Shown: positions 9,658 to 20,149 of the stretch, one piece after another
Layout of the letters: every line of letters begins with the position of its first letter
Position numbering within the stretch: position 1 is the first letter of the stretch
Assembly: GCA_963662275.1 (NCBI GenBank)
Contig: OY759316.1
Location: 2,880,001 to 2,944,000, forward strand
Length of the DNA stretch: 64,000 nt
From: Candidatus Cloacimonadales bacterium
GTDB taxonomy: Bacteria > Cloacimonadota > Cloacimonadia > Cloacimonadales > DAONDQ01
Direction: 5' to 3'
Translations under genes and position numbers: made by a program
The notes under the pieces: generated by a model
Databases searched by the model: none
The model's input: only the letters and a program-made list of their open reading frames with translations
Told to the model about the DNA's origin: nothing

Positions 9658-11518
9658 GAGACTGTTCAGGCAGTTATTCATAAGATACAACAATTTAGGA
9701 AGTATCAAGTTGAAAAAAGTGGTCGAAACGGTCATAATTTAACATACCTTCCAGAATTGACAGATAAGCTCTGCTAAGGACACCAAATCACAAGTTAAGC
9801 TTTTTGACTAAAAATATCAAACACGCGAGTATAAGTAATTTCTCGAAGTCGTTTCTGACTATAAGTGTATCTAAAATCATATAAAATAGTTCTTTACATG
9901 TTTATTGCTATAGCTTCAATGGCATTTGTTACCTGGTAACAAAAGGGAGGATATTATGACAAAAAAACACTCCAATTCAAGAAGCTGTAAGTGTCAGTCA
10001 TGAAAGTAACCAATACTATGTAAGTATTAACGTACCATGTTCATTTTGTTTGCCTGAAACGACATCCAACCACAAGTTCTTAATAGCGTTTCTACGCTTA
10101 TTAGTAGGAATAGGCGGAGACAACCTCCTTACACTTCAGCAAATAGCTGATCTGTTTAACTACGCAGACCGCAGGAATGTACATAATTTCTGGCAAGAGT
10201 TTGAGCAGCATGGTCATGATATCCTGGCATATTTAAGCCGGAAAGTTGACCTGCTGGAGTGTATTCCTCAGATCGAGAATTTTGTTATCAATAACCTGCT
10301 TTTACCTTTAAATGTCATGTATCAGGAGTTCATCAGCCATCATGATTTTAAAATGTCCTATACCACTTTCTGCAAATATGCTTCTCAGGTCAATTCTCTG
10401 TCTGTAGTTAAGCAAGCTCAGAAGCTTCTTCTGAAAAAGACAGTAGGCGGTGATGCTGTACATCTGCTGAAACTGCTTGCCGGTCAGCAGAATACACCTG
10501 TTATCTGTGACAGACTCCTGGAACAAATGAAGACTGCTAAAGGCAATACATCCCATAGAACCGCCGATGCAAAGCCGTTCCATAGTCTGGAACGCAAGAA
10601 CCTGTGTCTGCTGGTACATTACCTGGTTGGAAGCGGTATGAACTTCGAGACGATAGCTTTGCTGCTCAACACCTGTAAAGCTACAGTCTCAAATCTCTGG
10701 CATGAAATCGCTGACCTGCAGAGCCTGATTCTGAACTCAATCGGTAAGTGGAGCGGAAAGATCAGCATTGATGAGAAATATGTGAAGATCAAAGGTATTC
10801 CGTACTATGTCATCAGTATTGTTGATTTTGTGACTCACATCCCTCTGTTTTGTGAGTTGTATCCTGACACAAAGAAAGAATCATTCGAAGCATGTTTCAG
10901 AACCTTCAGACAGCTCTACAGGAAAGATCCAACCCTGATTGTCAGTGATGGCAGTAAATCGTTAGCAGTTGCAAGAAAAACAGTGTTTCCAAAAGTCCAT
11001 TACCAACTCTGTAAGTTCCATAAGATACGAAATCTCTTCAAAAGAATCAGTCAATGTCATCTCCCTGAAGACAGGGACAAGTTCTTTAAGAAGAGGATTA
11101 TGAAAGCTTTCCGAAGAGAAACGGCGGGCGGAAGGAAAAAGGGTATCGCAAGCCTGACAGCTATTACTCCCCCAACCGCCGCCGAATACATCAAAAGCAA
11201 TATCATTAGTGATTGGAGACACCTCAGCAAAGGTTTGACTTCCAATGTCTCTGAACGCTGGAACCGCAAAATCAAGAAGGTGACATCCGGTAGATTTGGA
11301 CTAAAATCTGAAGAAACCACCCGCAACCTTGTGTTTTCGCTTTGGTTCAAAGAACTGGTCGATAAAGGTCAACCAATCATGCGTCAGGAATCACTTTTAG
11401 CAAGTTTAAATATCTCCCGCATATGTCAAGAAAATGTGGATTGGTCGCACTTAGACCACTTTTTCTCTGTCACTACCAATAAGGCTGCGTAAAATGGAGG
11501 TTAATTTTGAACAGTCTC
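9658..11518 (+). mobile_element. DDE insertion sequence (IS6/IS256-like motifs; family uncertain)
   Basis: Terminal inverted repeats GAGACTGTTCA (9658-9668) and TGAACAGTCTC (11508-11518) enclose one transposase. Confidence 0.75.
10050..11492 (+). CDS. DDE transposase; the true start is probably ATG 9956, across a frameshift
   Basis: SIDEKYVKIKG, IVSDG, QLCKFH and TSNVSERWNRKIK motifs. The frame stays open upstream to 9960. Confidence 0.82.
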   Translation: MPETTSNHKFLIAFLRLLVGIGGDNLLTLQQIADLFNYADRRNVHNFWQEFEQHGHDILAYLSRKVDLLECIPQIENFVINNLLLPLNVMYQEFISHHDFKMSYTTFCKYASQVNSLSVVKQAQKLLLKKTVGGDAVHLLKLLAGQQNTPVICDRLLEQMKTAKGNTSHRTADAKPFHSLERKNLCLLVHYLVGSGMNFETIALLLNTCKATVSNLWHEIADLQSLILNSIGKWSGKISIDEKYVKIKGIPYYVISIVDFVTHIPLFCELYPDTKKESFEACFRTFRQLYRKDPTLIVSDGSKSLAVARKTVFPKVHYQLCKFHKIRNLFKRISQCHLPEDRDKFFKKRIMKAFRRETAGGRKKGIASLTAITPPTAAEYIKSNIISDWRHLSKGLTSNVSERWNRKIKKVTSGRFGLKSEETTRNLVFSLWFKELVDKGQPIMRQESLLASLNISRICQENVDWSHLDHFFSVTTNKAA

Positions 11519-11774
11519 TTAAAAAGGCATTGCGCTCTTTGAAATATTAATCTTGACACAATGTTGAAACAAATCCATTTGAGATGTAGAGAGCAAATAT
11601 ACATAACTGAAGAATCTTTTGGTTTGAGAGAAAATCAAAAAAGGAACTTTATGAAAACTACGATTTGTAGTTATTGTGTTTTATTGTATTTGCTTTTCAT
11701 CATATTGAATTGCATTATACTTATTTTCTCAAATTTACAGTTCATCCTTCATTTATCACATATTAGGAGCATAT

Positions 11775-13421
11775 ATGCGTAACTATTCTTCTGCCCTTCT
11801 TGCCTTCCTGTTTTTCTGCTCAATTCTCACTGCCCAGAACCACATGGATATTATGACCACTATGACAGGGGAACATGATCATTCTTCGATGGGCAGACTC
11901 ATGACTACTCTCGACTGGAATGGAGATGGCAATGATGATTTAATTATAACTTCACCTAATTGGGATCCCAGAGGTTATACACCTTCTTATCCACCATACC
12001 CATATGGTAAACTATACATTTATTTTGGCGGTCCCAATTTTGATAATGTTCCGGAAATGGAAATCACCGGTCACCATGAGATAGAATATGGACTTTCATA
12101 CTCCATGTGCAATGCGGGCGATATGAATGGTGATGGGATAGATGACCTGGCTTTGTTTAGGGCGACGATGTATGAAGAGAATATTGAGCAGTTCTATGAC
12201 TTGCAGCTCTGCGTCTTTTACGGCGGTGCGAATCCCGATACTGTCCCCGATTATGTGCTCACTTTCCCGAGGGAGGAATGGGATAATACCTTTTGTCACG
12301 TTCGTGGTTTAGGTGATATCAATCACGATGGTTATAATGATATTGGATACATTATAGGTAAAAATTATCCTATTGCTTCTTACACATTTGGAATCGTAAA
12401 CGGTGATAGTATGATTGGTACAGCTTTTATAGAAGCTGGTACAACACTGGATTGGGCTGATATTTGCGGAGTGGGTGATGTCAATGCAGATGGTGTTGAT
12501 GATTTTTGCCTGGGTTATAAATATAAAATAAACAATGTAAGATATTCCAAAGTAATTCTATATTATGGGAATCCATCTGACGTTTATAGTGACAGTCTTG
12601 TGATTTGTGATGGTTCAAATTTCAGAATTCCTTTCGCTTATCCCGCAGGTGATATAAATGGCGATGGTTATTCAGACTTTGTCAGCTCATTTACTATGAC
12701 AGAAGCTAAAATATATTTCGGAGGACCTGGTTTTAACGGAACCAATTGTGTAAACATTGCTCCTCCCTATAATGGAGGCAATTGGGAAAATGGCTTTGAT
12801 CACGGCGATGTGAATGGTAATGGCACAGATGATCTGATGGGCACCAATGTTACCCAGTTTAGCGGTTATGGAGACGCCTACCTGTGGATAGGAGGCATTC
12901 CTATGAACGGAGGTCCCGATCTGCATTTGACACCACCATATCTTGATGTGGAAACTGACATGTATGGCTTCTGCCTGACCATGGGCGATTATAACGGTGA
13001 CGGCTGCTGCGATGCTGCCATTTCGGCACCGTTTGATTATGCAGCTTTTCCTACACCTGGTCGTGTATTTGTCTATGCCGGAAACACGCAACTGGATGAT
13101 CCAACCCCCAATGCTGATGAAACAAATACTCCCGCTATCTCCAAACTGCAGTTGTACCCCAATCCGCTGCAGTCTTGGAATTCTGAACTTAATGTCAGAT
13201 TCACTGTTGACCCCCCTACCCCCCTTCCCAAGGGGGGAGCTTCTACCTTCGAAATCTATAATATCCGGGGACAGAAAGTCAAGTCGTTTACTATGAATGC
13301 AGAGCAAGCCAAATCCGGTTCTGCAACTTACAATTTAAATGATCTTTCATCAGGGGTTTATGTGTGTGTATTCACCAGCGGTGAAGCACAGCAGAAAAAG
13401 AAGATGACGGTGATTCGGTAG
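11775..13421 (+). CDS. FG-GAP repeat (integrin-like beta-propeller) secreted protein with T9SS-type CTD, paralog 1
   Basis: Signal peptide; repeated GDxNGDGxDD; LYPNP...IYNIRGQKVK...SSGVY...KKMTVIR. Confidence 0.88.
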   Translation: MRNYSSALLAFLFFCSILTAQNHMDIMTTMTGEHDHSSMGRLMTTLDWNGDGNDDLIITSPNWDPRGYTPSYPPYPYGKLYIYFGGPNFDNVPEMEITGHHEIEYGLSYSMCNAGDMNGDGIDDLALFRATMYEENIEQFYDLQLCVFYGGANPDTVPDYVLTFPREEWDNTFCHVRGLGDINHDGYNDIGYIIGKNYPIASYTFGIVNGDSMIGTAFIEAGTTLDWADICGVGDVNADGVDDFCLGYKYKINNVRYSKVILYYGNPSDVYSDSLVICDGSNFRIPFAYPAGDINGDGYSDFVSSFTMTEAKIYFGGPGFNGTNCVNIAPPYNGGNWENGFDHGDVNGNGTDDLMGTNVTQFSGYGDAYLWIGGIPMNGGPDLHLTPPYLDVETDMYGFCLTMGDYNGDGCCDAAISAPFDYAAFPTPGRVFVYAGNTQLDDPTPNADETNTPAISKLQLYPNPLQSWNSELNVRFTVDPPTPLPKGGASTFEIYNIRGQKVKSFTMNAEQAKSGSATYNLNDLSSGVYVCVFTSGEAQQKKKMTVIR

Positions 13422-13636
13422 CTGCCAAACTGCATAGCCGTTTGAAAACAGCGTTCCGAAAAGCAAGGTGAACCATGCTGCCACGATTCCTGAAGTAATC
13501 ACCACAGGTGCAACGCTGATTGTTTATCTAATAAAAAATAATTTGTATTACTTGCATATTAGAGTATTATACAAATATGTCCTTAATAAGATTCATTATA
13601 AGTTACTCTATTAATTTAAATTGATATGGAGAATTT

Positions 13637-15295
13637 ATGACTAAACATATTCTATTTTTTCTCGCTTTACTTCTTTTCACAGGAATTCTCTCTGCCCAAA
13701 ACCACATGGATATTATGACCACCATGACAGGGGAATTTGATTTTGCAGAAATGGGTTGGATCATGACCACACTCGACTGGAATGGTGATAATTATGATGA
13801 TCTTGTTATTATGGAAAGTGGTTGGCGACCACCTGAACATGTTGGAGACCCAACAGTAAAATCATATGGAAAACTGAATTTCTATTTGGGAGGACCAGAC
13901 TTTGATAATATACCTGAAATAACATTGCCCGGCAGTTATGAACGTGAGTATTGGGCAACCTATTCCATGTGCAATGCGGGCGATATGAATGGTGATGGGA
14001 TAGATGACCTGGCATTGTTTAGGGCAACGATGTATGAAGAGAATATAGATCAGTACTATGACTTGCAGCTCTGCGTCTTTTACGGCGGTGCGAATCCCGA
14101 TACTATCCCCGATTATGTGCTCACTTTCCCGAGGGAGGAATGGGATAATACCTTTTGTCACGTTCGTGGTTTAGGTGATATCAATCACGATGGTTTCGCG
14201 GATATCGGATATATTTCGCTAAGACATGGTTATCCATATCAGATCCAGATTGGTATTACCTATGGTGGAGGTATGTTAAATACAGTATTTGATGAAATTA
14301 GTAATGTCCAGGATAACGCTGATATCTGCGGAATAAGTGATGTCAATGCAGATGGTATAGATGACTTTTATCTCGGATATGGATATGGTTCAAACAGTAA
14401 TCCAACTCATAGGATTGTTCTTTATTATGGCAATTTATCAGGAATATATAGCGATAGTTTAGTGATCGCAGATGATTCAAATCTGAGGAATTCTTTCGCC
14501 TATCCAGCAGGTGACGTAAATGGCGATGGTTATGCAGATATTGTGACCGCATTTAGAGGTTCGAATGCCATACTAGTTTTTGGGGGACCTGGTTTTAATG
14601 GAACAAACTATGTGAATATATCACCACCTTATAACGGAGATGCTGGTGGTGAGGGTTTTGGTCATGGTGATGTGAATGGTAATGGCACAGATGATCTGAT
14701 GGGCACAAATGTTACCCAGTTTAGCGGTTATGGAGACGCCTACCTGTGGATAGGAGGCATTCCTATGAACGGAGGTCCTGATCTGCATTTGACACCACCT
14801 GATCTGCCTTGGCCATTGGAAGTTGATTTGGAGATGTTTGGTTTCTGCCTGACTATGGGCGATTACAATGGCGATGGCTGTTGCGATGCTGCCATTTCGG
14901 CACCTTTTGATTATGCTGGTTTTGCAACTCCTGGACTGGTATTTGTCTATGCCGGAAACACGCAACTGGATGACCCAACCCCCATCTCTGATTATACAAA
15001 TACTCCAGCAATCTCTAAACTGCAGTTGTACCCCAATCCGCTGCAGTCTTGGAATTCTGAACTTAATGTCAGATTTACGGTTACCCCCCCTACCCCCCTT
15101 CCCAAGGGGGGAGCTTCTACCTTTGAAATTTATAATATCAGGGGACAGAAAGTCAAGTCGTTTACTATGAACGCAGAACAAGCCAAATCAGGTTCTGCAA
15201 CTTACAATTTAAATGATCTTTCATCAGGGGTTTATGTGTGTGTTTTCACAAGCGGTGAAGCACAGCAGAAACAGAAGATTACGGTGATTCGGTAG
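13637..15295 (+). CDS. FG-GAP repeat secreted protein with T9SS-type CTD, paralog 2
   Basis: Same architecture as 11775-13421, with long near-identical blocks. Confidence 0.88.
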   Translation: MTKHILFFLALLLFTGILSAQNHMDIMTTMTGEFDFAEMGWIMTTLDWNGDNYDDLVIMESGWRPPEHVGDPTVKSYGKLNFYLGGPDFDNIPEITLPGSYEREYWATYSMCNAGDMNGDGIDDLALFRATMYEENIDQYYDLQLCVFYGGANPDTIPDYVLTFPREEWDNTFCHVRGLGDINHDGFADIGYISLRHGYPYQIQIGITYGGGMLNTVFDEISNVQDNADICGISDVNADGIDDFYLGYGYGSNSNPTHRIVLYYGNLSGIYSDSLVIADDSNLRNSFAYPAGDVNGDGYADIVTAFRGSNAILVFGGPGFNGTNYVNISPPYNGDAGGEGFGHGDVNGNGTDDLMGTNVTQFSGYGDAYLWIGGIPMNGGPDLHLTPPDLPWPLEVDLEMFGFCLTMGDYNGDGCCDAAISAPFDYAGFATPGLVFVYAGNTQLDDPTPISDYTNTPAISKLQLYPNPLQSWNSELNVRFTVTPPTPLPKGGASTFEIYNIRGQKVKSFTMNAEQAKSGSATYNLNDLSSGVYVCVFTSGEAQQKQKITVIR

Positions 15296-15404
15296 CAGCC
15301 AAATTGCATAGCCGTTTGAAAACAGCGTTCCGAAAAGCAAGGTGAACCATGCTGCCACGATTCCTTAAGTAATCACCACAGGTGCTGCGTTCTAAGGAGG
15401 ACAC

Positions 15405-18400
15405 GTGAAAAAGCTACTTATATTTTTGTTAGTTTGTCTTTGTTTGTCTATTTCTATATATGCCCAGAATACCTATGACTTCATCATTGGTGCCGATGCT
15501 ATAGTGAATGGACCTTATGGCTTAGATGTACTGCCGATAATCAAGGATGCTAATTATAATTGCTTAGAAGCTGTTAATTTTAACCATAATGATTTTCCAG
15601 CTATATATAACGCTCTCATGAAAAATGGTTTCAAAGCTAATGTGAATGACCGATTGGATTATGACTTAAATGGAGGCAGAGGCATCGAATTCCTCACCAG
15701 CAGTAATTATTTCCGGTTTGAATCGGAATATAGTACTGTGAATACGGAAGTGAACCTGGGTGATTTGAATGCAGATACTCTTTTTTATCGCTTTCAAAGA
15801 GATGCTGGGCATGTGGGTTTATTTGATCAAAATGTATCAAATAAACGATCCTGGGTTTGTGATTATAATCCAGTCAACGATAGCACCTGGAAGGTCATCT
15901 CCGGTGACATGTACTGGCGCTGGTATTCACCGCCTGATACGCATGACTTTGATTGCGTCTCGCATATCTGTAAATTCAGCAAGGATTGGAACGGTAATAA
16001 TAACGATTACATACAGCAGCAATATCTTAATGACGATAGTCTGTACATCAGTATTGCCCTGAATTGGACGTCCTTGCCGGATACTTCTTCTCATTATAAT
16101 GATGAATTAATTCAGATCGATTTCTTTGGTTATAATTACAGAGCACCTGATGTGAATGATGCGGATGCGGACACCTTACATAATATCAACTTCCAGGGAT
16201 TTCATGGTAAATATTCTACGACTCTCAAGATCTCGGACTGGCGGTTTGGAACACAGATACTCAATACTGATTTCCGAACCTTCACTTATGGCATCAGTTT
16301 AGCAGAACTTGACAAGCCAATACAAAATTCACCAGTCACTTTACTGGGAGGCAGATATGCTTTAGATTATCTGGTTCCTATCATTAAGTGGAATCAGAAT
16401 CATACAGTATCACTGGACTATATAGAATACGAGGATAACATCCATCGCAAGATGCGGGATCAAAACATACTTGATGCATGGATTGCTGAAAGATTAGAAG
16501 ATCAGTATTCTAGTTACCCGCAAACCAGCATCTTATCCTATATGGGTGTGAATGAGGCATATTACGGCAATTTTGATTCGTGCAAGCGTGTAAATGACTA
16601 TCTCATACATTCAGCATCTCCAGCAGCCCATCCATTGGTTACCAATTATATTCCGGGGTATAATGGGCTGTTTGAGAGAAAAAAAGCCAATGGTAAAAGC
16701 TTCTCCTTAACGAAAGTCTTCAACACTAAAGCAAAACCGTCGATTCAGAAATTTCATTATTATCCCATTCGATATAATACCAGTTTTAATGATACGACCA
16801 GCAGCACTTTTATCCAAAAGAATTTAGATACCATGCTGGAGAAATATCAGTTTGCCAAGGAAACGGGTTTACCATTCTATCCGGTAGTCCAGACTTATGG
16901 GGATTGGGACATTAATGATCAACAATGGTGGGGAGCTATGTATCCGGATTCAACATCACAAAAATGTCTGCAATATTTGCCTTTATGCTACGGACCTTCA
17001 GGTATCCTCAATTATACCGTTTATAAAGGTGATAATAAGGAACCGGCACTGATTAATCCAGATGGTTCACTAGCGCCTAATTACAATATAATCAAGGCAG
17101 CAAATAAGAAAATTGAAGTCTATGGACCTTATGTTAAGCAAAATGGAGCCTGGTATGGGTCTGAATGTATAAAGACACCATTAACATCCTACCCTGATTT
17201 TTCTATTGCAGGTCACCCTGGTCAGCGGTTAATGGATATCAGCTTGCCTTTTCCAGACTCTACAAATAATGATATATATGATGGTTATATTCAATGCGGT
17301 TACTATCATACTGGTCAGGATAATTATTATATGCTGGTTAATCGGAGAACATCTCGGGTCTTCAATAGTGCAATTCCTTTAACAACCGCTTATACAGATT
17401 ACGAAAACACCTATGCTCCGTATGGTCCGCAGACTGTCAGGTTTTCACTTCTCCAGAATGCACGCAATCTGTATGGTTCTAATCCGGGATTATATGATCC
17501 CTATTCTCACGATCTCCGGATGCTTACAAATGATTATATTGATATAACATTGCAGCCAGGAGATGCAAGCCTTTGGCAGCTTGTAAGTGTCTTGCCACCA
17601 AGTATAAACACAAATTACACAGCAACTCGTGATGTTTGCATGCAGGGAGATTTGCATATTAACGATGGTGTGAGCGTTACCATCCCGGCAGGGAAAACCT
17701 TAAATATCCTGGAAAGTGGAAGAATTTATGTTACTGATTGTTCATCTCTCAATATAGAGGGTAACCTCACGGCAAATGCCTTTAGTAAAATCTATGTGTC
17801 CCAGGGAAGTTCATTACATATCAGCAATGCCACTTGTAACATGGGTGATTCCACATTGATCAAAATAAGCGATGGTAATTTAGTAATGTCACATTCCACT
17901 TTTCAAACAAAAAATGGGACTATCTGGTACGGTTTTAATTGCCTGCGAAGTACAATCACTGTTGCTGATTGTGACGCTTATAATGCTAAAACAGCAATTG
18001 AACTGAATGCTACGAGTTTCAACATGGTGAACAGTAAACTATATGTTCCCGCATATGGAACAGGAATCTGCATTACTGCTCGTAATTCAACAGATGCTGT
18101 GAATCTTATCGGTTTTGAGGATAATACAAATCTCATAAAATGCATTGCAACGCCAAACACTCATTCAACTGGAATCTCAATGAAAAGCCGAGAAAATCCA
18201 CTTAGCTGTAATTGGTCAATCTTCGAGAATCTGGCAACAGGAATTGATTATTCTTTGTCTGTTGATAAAGCAGATTCTGTATCCAATTGCACATTTAATG
18301 GTTGTAATACAGGAATTTGCGTAACCGGTAGCGAAGGTTTAGAAAAAATAAGAGAATGCAAATTTACGATTCAAATTTCTCAAAAGGGAATAGACACAAG

Positions 18401-19847
18401 CACATATATTCCGCTTATTGATAAGTGCGAATTTTCCTCTACTCACGCAACTTCTTCTGCTGGGATATATCTTGATTTAGCCCAAGGTGGTTATCTTATG
18501 AATCTTGAAAATCGGGTGAGAGAAAATATCAGGAATTGCAAATTCACAGGTTTATACAAAGGAATTGAGAGCCGGGTTTCATCTGCAAGACTGAAAGAAA
18601 ACGAGTTTACTCTGAATACCATGGGTATTCTGATTCGGCAGAACTCATTTATTGATTGCAGTGATAACGCTAAAAATTCTTTTCGTAACACACAAGCTAA
18701 TTTTGCACTATATCCTATTAATTCTATTGTTGTAGATTCAGCATTTTATACTATTCAGCTAATAGCAGGGCATAATAATATTTATCATGACTTTCACTTA
18801 TGTAATGATTTTCTCTTTAATATTTCTGATCCGACACAGATAAATTCCGGTACTATTGATGCTTCCGGTAATTTTTGGGCAGAAACAATAGGCTCTCATA
18901 CTGATTACACTGCAAAGGTATACCCCAGAACCCCATTATTCGCTCATGTAGTTGATGTAGGTATTTGTGATACCCTTCCTAATGTTCCAGATCTACAAAA
19001 TGCTATGATCATGCCTCAGAACAGATATGAAGAAGCCCTTTCTTTGGAAGAGTTAGGAGATTTTACAGTTGCTTATATGCTTTACAGGCAGATATTGAGT
19101 GACCAGTTAATTGAAGAAAAGGACTTCTGGGGTTTCTGCGTACCAAGCATCTATCGAATTGCAAAAAGCTGTAATCTTGATATGAATGAATTAATAATGA
19201 ATTATGACATGGAACTTGCAGATACTTCAATGGTTGATCAACAACAACTGATGTACCTGATCAGGTCATATATTGTGAATGCCTATTTATCGGAAAATGA
19301 TTATCAGTCAGCAGCAGATCTCATCAGTGAAAGAATTAATAAGCCTATTTCTGAAATAGATTCCCTGAATGCTGTCTTGGACTTGGAAATTGTATATATG
19401 CTGCGTGATTTGGATGTTTCCAAAAAACCATTAACAACTATGTACTCCCGGTATCATTATCCTGATCTTCCGACATACAAAATCAAGCATGAGGATAACA
19501 GGTTAAAGCTGGAAGCCCTGATGAACAAATTACTGGAAAATGGAGAAGAAACGCCGTCCCCTATCCCGACGGCTGTATTTTTGAACAGGAATTATCCGAA
19601 CCCGTTCAATCCCACGACCACGATAGAATTTGGAGTACCTAAAGCAACGAAGGTATCGATCAGGATTTACAATATCCGTGGGCAGCTTGTGAAAGAGCTG
19701 GTGAATCAGAAATATGAACCGGGTAAATTCAAAGTCGTATGGGAAGGTAAAAATTCATTTGGCAAACCTGTAGCAACAGGTGTGTATTTCTATCGCCTGG
19801 AGGCAGGAGGTAAGTGCTTTACACATAAGATGCTGATGCTGAAATAG
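15405..19847 (+). CDS. Large secreted protein with beta-helix-like region and T9SS/FlgD-Ig CTD
   Basis: GTG start after AAGGAGG; signal peptide; repeated xCxFxxxxxGI motifs; NYPNPFNPTTTI...IYNIRGQLVK...GVYFYRL...KMLMLK. Confidence 0.8.
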   Translation: MKKLLIFLLVCLCLSISIYAQNTYDFIIGADAIVNGPYGLDVLPIIKDANYNCLEAVNFNHNDFPAIYNALMKNGFKANVNDRLDYDLNGGRGIEFLTSSNYFRFESEYSTVNTEVNLGDLNADTLFYRFQRDAGHVGLFDQNVSNKRSWVCDYNPVNDSTWKVISGDMYWRWYSPPDTHDFDCVSHICKFSKDWNGNNNDYIQQQYLNDDSLYISIALNWTSLPDTSSHYNDELIQIDFFGYNYRAPDVNDADADTLHNINFQGFHGKYSTTLKISDWRFGTQILNTDFRTFTYGISLAELDKPIQNSPVTLLGGRYALDYLVPIIKWNQNHTVSLDYIEYEDNIHRKMRDQNILDAWIAERLEDQYSSYPQTSILSYMGVNEAYYGNFDSCKRVNDYLIHSASPAAHPLVTNYIPGYNGLFERKKANGKSFSLTKVFNTKAKPSIQKFHYYPIRYNTSFNDTTSSTFIQKNLDTMLEKYQFAKETGLPFYPVVQTYGDWDINDQQWWGAMYPDSTSQKCLQYLPLCYGPSGILNYTVYKGDNKEPALINPDGSLAPNYNIIKAANKKIEVYGPYVKQNGAWYGSECIKTPLTSYPDFSIAGHPGQRLMDISLPFPDSTNNDIYDGYIQCGYYHTGQDNYYMLVNRRTSRVFNSAIPLTTAYTDYENTYAPYGPQTVRFSLLQNARNLYGSNPGLYDPYSHDLRMLTNDYIDITLQPGDASLWQLVSVLPPSINTNYTATRDVCMQGDLHINDGVSVTIPAGKTLNILESGRIYVTDCSSLNIEGNLTANAFSKIYVSQGSSLHISNATCNMGDSTLIKISDGNLVMSHSTFQTKNGTIWYGFNCLRSTITVADCDAYNAKTAIELNATSFNMVNSKLYVPAYGTGICITARNSTDAVNLIGFEDNTNLIKCIATPNTHSTGISMKSRENPLSCNWSIFENLATGIDYSLSVDKADSVSNCTFNGCNTGICVTGSEGLEKIRECKFTIQISQKGIDTSTYIPLIDKCEFSSTHATSSAGIYLDLAQGGYLMNLENRVRENIRNCKFTGLYKGIESRVSSARLKENEFTLNTMGILIRQNSFIDCSDNAKNSFRNTQANFALYPINSIVVDSAFYTIQLIAGHNNIYHDFHLCNDFLFNISDPTQINSGTIDASGNFWAETIGSHTDYTAKVYPRTPLFAHVVDVGICDTLPNVPDLQNAMIMPQNRYEEALSLEELGDFTVAYMLYRQILSDQLIEEKDFWGFCVPSIYRIAKSCNLDMNELIMNYDMELADTSMVDQQQLMYLIRSYIVNAYLSENDYQSAADLISERINKPISEIDSLNAVLDLEIVYMLRDLDVSKKPLTTMYSRYHYPDLPTYKIKHEDNRLKLEALMNKLLENGEETPSPIPTAVFLNRNYPNPFNPTTTIEFGVPKATKVSIRIYNIRGQLVKELVNQKYEPGKFKVVWEGKNSFGKPVATGVYFYRLEAGGKCFTHKMLMLK

Positions 19848-19879
19848 CAGGGCAGAAGAGACTAAAAGTTGGAAATAAA

Positions 19880-19908
19880 AACGGGTTACTCATTGTGGGT
19901 AGCCCGTT
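19880..19908 (+). terminator. Probable intrinsic terminator
   Basis: AACGGGTTAC(TCATTGTGG)GTAGCCCGTT hairpin ~30 nt after the stop. Confidence 0.6.
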
Positions 19909-20149
19909 ATAGTATCTTCAACAGATTATCATGGAATGTAACTACAACCCATAAAATGATTTAACTTAGAGTGTTAGAGCACCACCTGAATACTAACCAC
20001 CACAGAGGAATGATATAGAGGGGGATAAATAAATTCTTGACTTCAATTGGCAAGCCTCGTGTTTACTACTATTAAGCAATCCAGGTGATATTGGATGAAT
20101 ATGAAAGGCAGGATAAACAGAATTTGAGAGACTCGATTCCTAATCGGAT

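Noticed and set aside
11561..11782. 73-aa hydrophobic ORF
   Set aside because: AT-rich promoter-like region with no RBS or recognisable motif.
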